Part shown: piece after piece, positions 47,823 through 57,813 of the stretch
How the letters are laid out: the number at the start of each line of letters is the position of its first letter
How positions within the stretch are numbered: position 1 is the first letter of the stretch
Assembly: GCA_946965045.2 (NCBI GenBank)
Contig: OX337230.1
Coordinates: 3,038,001-3,102,000, forward strand
Source: Epithemia pelagica
Lineage: Eukaryota; Protista; Bacillariophyta
Length of the DNA: 64,000 nt
Reading direction: 5' to 3'
The notes under the pieces: generated by a model
The model's database searches: none
What the model was told of the DNA's origin: nothing
The model's input: only the letters and a program-made list of their open reading frames with translations
Program-made: the position numbers and the translations under genes

Positions 47823-49054
47823 CTAAAACTTGAATTTGACACGAGGATCACGGTCTGCAACGACAAAGCAAGAGCAGCATTGACGAGAGTGTTGACCGCA
47901 ACATGGACATCGCGCAAACGAGAAAACGTGAAAACAAGATAGCTTGTCAGTCAAACTCAGACGTATCAAGAAACAAAGAGCACACATTTCAGAATCGCAA
48001 ATGCATCGAAAACGACAATGCCAACACGGAAAGAGCCATGGTCCGACGACGTCCCACGTGTCCTCGTTTGGTGACGACTTTTTTCCACAACGTCAGCGAA
48101 TCCAAACATCACAACAAATCACGTACCAACATTCTCGTAGAGTTGATAGAGCATTTCTGCCGACTGGACAGGTGCTTGAACCGTGACAGACAACCATTTG
48201 CCCAAAGCCCGGTGTGTAAAGGGAACTTTTTCGATGGAAACTTGACAAGATTCGGCCACAATGGCCACCATTTCCTCAATGAAATTCCCTTCATTGGCAC
48301 CCACAATTTTGAGGGTAAAGTCGCAGGGATACTCCACCAAGGCTTCAAAGACTCGAGATTTTTCACCCGTTTCTTCATTGGCGTACAAAGTATAGCCCTG
48401 ATCGTCGTATTCGGGTTTGCGGGGATCGTTCAAACTCTTGGGACCAATCGCCACATAGGGCTTTTCGCTACCTTTCTTTGAGGGCTTCCCAAACCCTTGT
48501 CCTGCGGTTGGTACTCCATTAATGGTGGAAGGTTGGGACGCCAGACTGGGACCTTTGCGTTCTCGCAGCAGCTTGATAATGTTCGATTCGAAGGGATCCA
48601 CCGAGTCGGATGTGTCTTTTGCTTCCTCTGCGGTTGGCTTTTCTGGTTCCTTATCATCACTACTATCGTTTTCATCATTTTTATCATCTTGCGGAACTGG
48701 ATTGAAAAAGGATCCAGCTTGTTGGGCCCAAAGACGAACCGACCGAGAGGACGACGTCCCCCCAGTCAGTGGTGGAGTAGATGACAAGGACATGAAATCT
48801 AGGGTGGACTGCTCGCAATCGCAGTGTCTGGCTCCCCGACGTCGCCCTGTTGAACCAATTGCCGAATGTCTCGTGGTAGTGGAGATAAAGCTTGTGCTTC
48901 TTGTCCTTTCCTTACTAAAGTAACTCGGATGATAGTAGAGGTCATTGGCATTGGCATGTGCCACCGGCGAGGAGAGGGCGAGGACGGCTATTGACAAACA
49001 GAGAGCCACAATGACCCAACCCCTCGACAAGCAATCGCATTGACCGATCAACAT
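47823..49054 (-). CDS. YbeD/DUF493 (ACT-like) domain protein with a signal peptide, 2 exons
   Basis: EYPCDFTLKIVG...GKWLSVTVQAPV.SAEMLYQLYENV, then an intron (~47857-48125), then DRDPRVKFKF*. The N-terminus is hydrophobic, VIVALCLSIAVLALSS. Confidence 0.75.
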
Positions 49055-49416
49055 TTGAGTTCTCTCGGTATTATTACGTCGTCTAAACCACACCAAGAAC
49101 CGCAACAAGAACACGACAATGGATCTATGATCTTTTTGTTTGGACACTTCTAGTCGAAAATGTGGGCGGAACGCGGAACCATTTTGTGGTTGCGTGTTCA
49201 ACCCGACGACGGTCGGTCGGTGACCAATGGCCGCAATACATAGCTCATCGAAAAGCAGTCCGAGACATAACGACAAACTGTCGGGTCGGGAAGACAATTC
49301 TGAGGTCAAGCAAATCGAAAAGCTCTCGACACTGCAGCGTTGTCCCCCAAAAATTTGGAAATTTAGTAGAAACAGTACCAAGTTCTACGTGGATCTTTTG
49401 AAGAAAGATACCGACC

Positions 49417-51222
49417 ATGGCCGAAGAGGTGCCCAAGTCCACTCTCGCCATGGACGACGCAAGTACCGACACAGCATCGGCACATAATCACTATACCAAG
49501 AAGTATGTCGGAGAAGAGAAAGNNNNNNNNNNNNNNNNNNNNNNNNNNNNNNNNNNNNNNNNNNNNNNNNNNNNNNNNNNNNNNNNNNNNNNNNNNNNNN
49601 NNNNNNNNNNNNNNNNNNNNNNNNNNNNNNNNNNNNNNNNNNNNNNNNNNNNNNNNNNNNNNNNNNNNNNNNNNNNNNNNNNNNNNNNNNNNNNNNNNNN
49701 NNNNNNNNNNNNNNNNNNNNNNAACGCAAGAATGCTGGTTCATCACTGGCAGGAAAATGAAACAAGAATTTCTAATCTCGGCTTCTTTGTTGAAATAGAT
49801 CCGAGCAATGTTACTTCAGAAGAGGCTGTCGACCGCGTACAAAAAGAGATGATTAAGCAGAATACTGGATTATCAGTCAAGAAGATTCCCAAGTTCAAGA
49901 TGGTCTTTACTTCCCCGTTTATCTATGACGACTTCAATGAGAAGTGTAACTCCAAAGCATACGGGTTACAGTGTTGCCAAGATGATGCAAAAACTCTCAT
50001 CAAGATACTCAAAGAAACGTACAAAAAGAATCCAGTCTTTTTGTTCCATCGACTTCGTCACCAAGATGAAGCGAGCAAAGAGATTTATAGAAGCGCTCTG
50101 ATTCATCAGAACGCTTACCTCAAAGAGCATCAAGTGGTCCCAGTTGTTGGTCTCACCGATGATATCATGTTCTATCTACGCGAGAAAATCATGGCAATAG
50201 TTGGAGTGACAGACGTATCCAAGCATAGAGACACTGCGAAGACAGGACGTTTCAATGTGCACACCACCCGTAATCATATGAATAGCGTCACCAAGGCACT
50301 CAGAGGATCAATCGGAGAAATGGTCCAAACTGCTTTGACCGAGTACAGCGACTTGCGCTTGCCAAGCAAGTTTCCTTAACCTGGCCTAGCCTTTAAGAAA
50401 GGAGCCTATGAAGATGAAGACGACAACAAGAACAACTCAATGGAAACATACATCTCGTCCTGCGCCTCCATGTTCTCCAGTACGTCCAATCAAGATTATT
50501 ACAAAGAAGAGATTGATCCGGGTATGTATCACCCACCCAGTGGATCGAGTCCAGTTACACAAGCATGGAAATGTCCCGTGAAGATTCCAGCGGTTGTTGC
50601 TGTTGAAACTAGAACGGACCAAACGCCGAGTGTGATGACTACAAGCGACGAACGAGAAAAGCGACTGATGGCTGAAAATGCAAAGCAGCAGAAAGAGATC
50701 GATGATCTGAAAGCAATGGTACGAAAACTGCAAGAAGCACAAGGACACAAAACAGAAACTAGCGTCGTTGCTGCGAAGGAACTAGAATCAAGAACGGTCG
50801 AAAATCCTCCACAAGCAACATACTCAGAAACAAGCACCGTCACTACCCCCAGAGCTCCTCCTGCACCGGATTCCACTAGCATTCTTCAACCCGAAGTTAT
50901 TCAGCAGATAGCTTCTCTGGTCTTGAATGCAGTCGAAAGCAAATTGCAACTACCAAGCTCTCAACCTTCAACCACAGCGAGTTACGAACAACAGGAACCA
51001 ACGATTGGGGCCAAACGACAAAAACCAACTGACTCAATTGACTCAACACAGAACCAGCCCACTGTCGCAGCCAGAGAGAGCAAGGCGATCAGTAATGAGG
51101 CGACTCCTAATCATGAAGTTGGAAAAATTACAGATTCCAGCATGACACTCAACCAGTCATCGGCCAGCTTGGAGATGGACGTGAGTGCAATCGAAAAGAG
51201 TGTAAATCATGACGACAATTAG
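49417..51222 (+). pseudogene. LINE ORF1 (one in-frame TAA; interrupted by an assembly gap)
   Basis: The frame continues across TAA 50377-50379 into the 50440-51222 ORF and overlaps the ORF2 ATG by 14 nt. Confidence 0.72.
49523..49722. other. Scaffold gap (200 N)
   Basis: Run of n. The matching TSDs on either side of the element support the join. Confidence 0.99.
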
Positions 51223-54200
51223 TGCAGATTTACCCAACAACAACTACTTAGATCAATCCGATCATCTCTATGTACCGACCATTGAAATAGACACTGTCTC
51301 AGACAGTGATTCAGAATATGATGAAAATCAAGAGCGAGAAGGAACCGAACAACCACAAGAAATTGAAGAAATTGAACAAGATAGCTATGCAAACAACGGG
51401 TATATTGAAGAAGAAATCAAAGAGAAACCGGACGGCTGTTTTCGAGTCTTTGGTAAGAATCCAGATGGGATCACCCTAGGGCACGACGGTGGCGAGTTTG
51501 CAGATTGGTGTACTGAAATGGCGATGCTCCAGGTTGATTCATGGGGCATTTATGAACTTAACCTCGACACTCAAAGGCCTGCAGTCAAGGATATACTATT
51601 CAACACAGTACGGCGAGATCAAGAACACAATCGACTGGTATTTGGCAGCAGTACAATACCCTCGAGAAAGAGTAATTACAAACCTGGAGGAGTACTACTA
51701 GCAACCACTGGTAGAATGACGGGACGAGTTGTACGTCAAGGAACAGACAGAATGGGACGATGGGCTTTCCAAATCTTTGCCGGAACAGGTGGCAAATTGC
51801 TTACACTGATAACTGCTTATCAAGTATGCCAACAAGCGGTCGTGGAAGACGACGAAATAAAGAGTTTTACTTGCAGTGCTCAGCAAGTTAGTATGTTACG
51901 TCAGGAGGGTCGGTATGAATCGCCTCGCGATGCATTCATTCAAGACATGATTTGCTTCATTCGAGAACAACAAAACAGGGGCTCGGACATTCTTTTGTTC
52001 GGCAATTTTAATGAACCTTTACAGTCAAGCAATAGTGGTATGGGACGTGTCGCTTTGGAATGCAATTTATATGATATAATGGAACAGGCCGTTGGACAGA
52101 CTGACTTCGGGACGTATGCAAGAGGGAGCAACCGAATTGATGACGCTTTAGGAACCGCTAATGTTCTCGAGCATTACTTCAAGCATGTTATGAGCCTTTC
52201 AATTCAAGGGGTAAGGGCGATCACCGAAACTTGGTAATGGACTTTGATATCAAGCAATTATTCGGGAACGAAACACAGGCATTGGGACCAATTTGCAGCA
52301 GAGAGTTCACATCGAAAGATCTTGCTTCCAACAGAGAGTACATACAACAGAAGCATAAGTACCTCCAAGATCACAACTTTGCAACGAGAATTGAAAACGC
52401 TAAGAATGATTGGAATCTAACAACAATGGAACGATTAGACGCTGACTTTCAACGTGCCGGAACAATCGCGGCAAACCGATGTGCGAGGAAACCGAGAAAT
52501 ATCCCGTTTGCGTCTGAGATTGCCCAATTACGGCAATACAAAAGCTTATTGCAGAAAGTCATTTCACAGCACCGACTTCAAATGCATTGTGATGAAGGGA
52601 TTCAGCGATTGGCTCAACGTCATCCACACCTCCATATTCCGGCAAGCTTTGAAGAATGTATGGAGATTCTCAAAGGAGTACAACGGCAGATAAGAGAAAT
52701 GACAAAAACTGCTACACATCGGCGACAGAACGAACAACAGTCTTTACTGAAAGCTGCATTGGACCGGGGTGATAAGAAAGAGGCAAAGTCCATTAGAAGA
52801 AGAATGGCTGCCGAAAGGACCAAAGCAATGTACAAGAAATTGCGGCAATGTCGCGGAGAAACTCGTGCTGGCATTACCAGGCTGGATGTGCCAGCAGACC
52901 GCACTGATACAGATTACTCAAATTGTTGCCAATGGATCACGATCAAAACGCCTGCAGAAATAGAGGAAAGCCTCTTAAAACGCAATCAACTACACTTCGG
53001 ACAAGCGCATGGGACCTTTCCAACTGTGCCCCCATTTTCAGAATGGATTGATTGGGCGGCTTCTACCTATACATCGGAACTCATCTTAGAAGGACAATGG
53101 AACCAACCGGATCTTGACGAACTCTCTCAGAACCTCATTGATCATATGAAAGCTCGCACTTCGCTTGATGCAATCAAAGGTCCTATTTCAGTTGAAGAAT
53201 GGACTGATAAGATATGAAAGTGGCCCGAGGCGACAACCACGTCACCGTCAGGATTTCATCTCACTCATAGTAAGGCTCTGGTTGCAGAGCACGACCTTGA
53301 TCCCAATACCAAAGAAGGACAACAATTAAACCAACAGCGGCAAGATTTGATTCAGTGGCAAGTGGATATTATTAACCTTGCAATCAAGAATTCCTACTCT
53401 CTCGAGCGTTGGAAGCATATCGTGAATGTCATGATTCCCAAGGAATCTGGGAACCGAAAGATTCATCGATTACAAGTCATACACATATATGAGCAAGATT
53501 ACAATTTGATCTTGGCTCTTAAGTGGCGGTCTCTCATTCAAACAGGAGTGAAACAACAATTAATCAACGACTCTCAGTTCGGAGCTGTTCCGGGAAAAGA
53601 CGCTATCATTCCAACCATGATAGAAGAGTATCAATACGAGATTAGCAGAGCAAGCAAAAGACCATTGGTGCATCTCGACTACGATGCTACCGCCTGTTAT
53701 GATAGGATCATAATGAATTTCGGCAGTTTGGTCTCTCGGAGCTTTGGCCAACACCGGTCGATAGTGTTTATAAACGCAAAAACACTGGAAGAGGCAAAGT
53801 ACAATTTAAAAACCCAACTTGGAGTCTCGGAGCCGTGGTACAAGCATTGTACAATCCACCCGGTCTACGGTTCCGGCCAAGGCGCCGGGAAATTGCCAGC
53901 CATCTGGTGTATTATTAGTTCAGTTCTCTTTGACACCTACGAGTCACGAGCATATGGCGCATCCTTTCAGTCACCTGATGGGCAAGTCAAAGTGAGGATT
54001 TTTATGATTGGCTTTGTTGATGATACGAGTGGAAGCATCAACAATTTCCTGCTCCCAGAGCCCGCCTCCTGAACACTATATTCAACGGGCCACATGCGAT
54101 GCACAACGTTGGAGCAATGTCCTTTCTCTCTCTGGAGGAGGACAACAAAAGACATGCTCTTATCATTTCCTGTATTACAAGTTTACCATTGATGCTTTAG

Positions 54201-57004
54201 CAGTGTTGCAAGACGGAGAATTTGGGCCCAAGATTGAGATCGAGTTCGAATCAGGAGAATCACCACGGCCACTCAAACAACTCTCTGCGTATTCAAGTCA
54301 CAAAACATAAGGAGTCCAAAAGGCTCCAAGTTCTACTAACAAAGGACTGTTTGAGTCTCTCCGAAAGAAAAACAAGAAACACACTGAAGTCATGGCTCGT
54401 AGCCCATTTACCCCGACCGACGCATGGGCTTACTACCATTCGATTTACTTACCCAGCATATGCTACCCCTTTCCGTCTTCATTGCTATCCAAAGAGCATT
54501 GCTTGAAACTACAGAGGGAATTCAAAGTCGCTTTCCTTCCCAAATTTGGTGTCAACCGCTGCACTCCAAATGCAGTCGTGTATGGCGCGGCTGATTATGG
54601 AGGTTTGTCCCTTCGCGATCTATCGGTAGAACACGGGTTCTCTCAAGTTTATATGTTTCTTGCTACGATTCGCCCATGCGGCGTTGCTTCCGATTTGGCC
54701 TCAATCATGCTCTCTTGGGGGCAATATCTCGCTGGCACGAGTGCACCGATCTTGATGGATATCCACCGACGTCTTCCCCACATGGACCCAATGCAATGGT
54801 TACCTTCTATGCGACAATTTCTACATTCCGTAGACTGTCAGATTGAAGTAGGCTTGGACTTTGTGCCTAATCTTCAACGGGATCATGATCTGTTCTTGAT
54901 GGACTATGCCACAGAAGCAAACTACACTGATGGTGAATTGAAGTTGGTGAATGCTTGTCGTCTTTATCTTGGAGTGGTGTTGCTCAGTGATATTGTCACT
55001 CCTGATGGGACAGTCCTTACTCAAGAGTGTATTCAAGGAAAGCGCTCGTCTCATTCTACCCCGAAAGGTTTGCTTCCATACCAACAACGACCAGGTCCTC
55101 GTGCTTGGCAACTCTGGCGCAAGTTCTTACGACTGTTCACAATTTCGACTTCGAAGAATCGTCTTTTGCACCCTCTCGGCCCTTGGATCGTGACAGGCAA
55201 CAATACACTCCGACAATGGCACTGTTATTTTTCTATCCCAACTGTTCAACTCTTTGTCTTTCATGATGACAAAAATGATGTGTATGCTGCGCTAATGCTT
55301 GGCCGTTTTGTCAATACTGGAATCACTGTTACCAGTCTCCCCGCTACGTCTGTACCAGCTGTCACGCGTTCTGAATCCTTTGGGATCCTTGGTCTCTTTT
55401 CCGTGTCTCCGGCAAACCTGCCTCCTCCACCACCTGTTCCCACCACTTTACTACAACATATAACAAGATTACCGCCGTGGGAACGAGATCTGCTTCGTGG
55501 CGTTCAACTCATCGCAACAATTGAAACGATTGCTCAATTTTTCCAATCTACCAGTTCTGATGCTACACCGATTCATCTTTGCAGCGACGGGTCTGCCCCG
55601 TTGTTTCATGGTTCGTTTGGTTGTGTCTGTAGTACCGATAATGGGATGGAACTGTTTACTCTTCTTGGACCGGCACCAGGTTTCCGCACTTCCTCCTTTC
55701 GGGCCGAAAGTTACGGTCTGCTCTCTGTGCTGCAATTCGTATTTCGCTTCTGTGAGTATCAGGGCGTATCTCTTCCGAGTCACCTCAGGTTGTATACCGA
55801 TTCAAAGAGTGCAATTCAGACAATGACTACGCGCTTGGAATGGAACTCTGATTTTCCTTATACCACCATGTCACCGGAGTGGGATCTACATCAGGCCATC
55901 ACTACCGCCATTCGACGTTTTCCTAATCCACCACTATGTCAACATGTCAAAGGACACCAAGATAGACGAGTCCCGTTAGACACTTTGTCTCTCCCCGCTC
56001 AACTGAATGTTAAGGCTGATCTTCTCGCGTCGCAATTCACTTATCCGTCCGAGATGTCCTCGACTCATGCTCCTCTGATTACCGGGGCAACGGCAATTTT
56101 GCATGGCCCGAACGGTACTATCAACTCCAATTACCGTCAAGTACTGCGACGTCTCGCGTCTGACCCTGCAATGATTCATCATCTTTGCAGTCGTAACGAA
56201 TGGAGCACAGCGACCTTTCATACTATTTTGTGGAATTCACATGGAACTGCTCTCCGCAGTCAGTTTTCCCGACGGCAGTTCTTCATGAAATATCTTCATG
56301 ACTGGCTTCCGCTGGGCGACAAACGGTCACTCTATGCAGATCATTATCCATCAACATGTCCTAAGTGCGATCCACAGGTGCTAGAGACACGCGAACATTT
56401 TCTCCGGTGCCCTCATCGCAAGTGGGTTGGTTCTCTCCTGGAGGATTTGACTACCTATTGGAAGACTCATTTTATTGATCCTACTCTACAATCCATCTTG
56501 AAGGAGCTTATACTTTCCTGGATAGCGGCTACTCCTCCGCAACTTGACCACTTGTCTTCTTCTTATGCGGTTCTTCTGGCACGTCAATCAACTGTGGGTG
56601 TCGTCCATCTCTTCTTTGGCCGATTTGTTACCGACTGGGCTACGTTGCAAGATCATTTTTTGACTCGATCACCACCGTCTGAATCTGGTCAGTTTAATGG
56701 GACTCTATTTGTCACATCGACGATTAAAATCATTTGGGAACACGTCTATCGATTATGGCTATCCCGAAACCAAGATTTACATGGACACAATACCACGACA
56801 AGCGAAGATGCTGCGTTGGCTCAGGCTCAACGCGAGATTCGATGCCTTTATCGTTTCGGGACTTCCGTTGATCCTCGGGATCAGATTTTGTTTTACCCAA
56901 CACCTGACATTCACTTCACCACACACACGACCTCTGCTAGCTTGAGATCATGGCTTGACACTTGGCAACCTGTGATCCTCAAGTCCGTTAGTTCCTCTCG
57001 CTAG
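51209..57004 (+). pseudogene. LINE ORF2 (APE, RT, RNase H, Zn finger), disrupted
   Basis: Fragments 51209-52237, 52231-53217, 53218-54072, ~54060-54310 and 54311-57004. Premature stops at 53215 and 54308 plus at least two frameshifts. Confidence 0.9.
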
Positions 57005-57813
57005 CGACCTAGTGTCGCTAGCTTTCACCTTTGTTAGTCCTCGCGTATGTTCTTACATATGCCCGGCGCGTCGGTCGGCGTTTCCCCTGAGTGGGTACGT
57101 GCGGCAGCGTTATAATAGATTCAATTTTTTTTTTTTTGTCGGGTCGGGAAGAACCGACACGTGGGTACAACGAACGTCGTGGGACTGAATCATCGACTCC
57201 TCAGCTTCTGGGACTGATATAGAGTGTGGCGTACTGTGCAACTTCCCGAGAAGATTCGTTCAAGAAGGAAGTACACTTTGAGCCCACCATCTGCAAACAA
57301 CTGCACCACACCCTGCCCGGGAAAGCAGAGAGCCTTTCGTTTGATGTTCAACACCGCCTACGAACGACTGTTTTTTTTTCCTTCTCCTCGATCAATCGAT
57401 CGTCATTAGAGATTTGGTCTCTACGGTAGAAGCACTGTACAAAAAATCAAAGAAACATCGTTCATTCATCTACCTCCGACAACACTCAAAGGTTGCTTCT
57501 GCTCTAGAGGAAGAGTGACACACGAGTGCCACTCCAGATGCAACAAAAGGTCGCTTGGTAGTCAATCTTCTTTCGATGAATTGCTCTGCTTCCAAACAAT
57601 CTCAGTACTTTATTTGCATCGCTTCCAACTCCATCCGGAATAGTATAACCTACACATCAACGCAATTTCATCAGGACAATGATACAGCAGTTGTCGTCAT
57701 CATCCCCCTACCCTTCTGAATCTCTTTCGAAAACAACCAACAGACTCGAGGAGGGCGTTAACAATCGCATCGTTTCGCCTCTAGACCACAGCTCCGTCTC
57801 TCGGAGAATCTCT

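Larger units (their letters stand above)
49295..57136 (+). mobile_element. Full-length decayed non-LTR retrotransposon (Ambal-like: ORF1 plus APE-RT-RNase H ORF2)
   Basis: 15-16-bp TSD (T)GTCGGGTCGGGAAGA at 49279-49294 and 57137-57152. ORF2 has APE (WGIYELN, ITAYQV, GNFNE, RIDDAL), RT (DATACYDRI, GSGQG, GFVDD), RNase H (SDGS, RAESYG, YTDS, HVKGHQD, NVKAD) and a CPKC...EHFLRC Zn motif. Confidence 0.9.

Noticed and set aside
49295-49416. Self-cleaving (HDV-like) ribozyme in the LINE 5' UTR
   Set aside because: I could not identify the nested pseudoknot pairings by eye.
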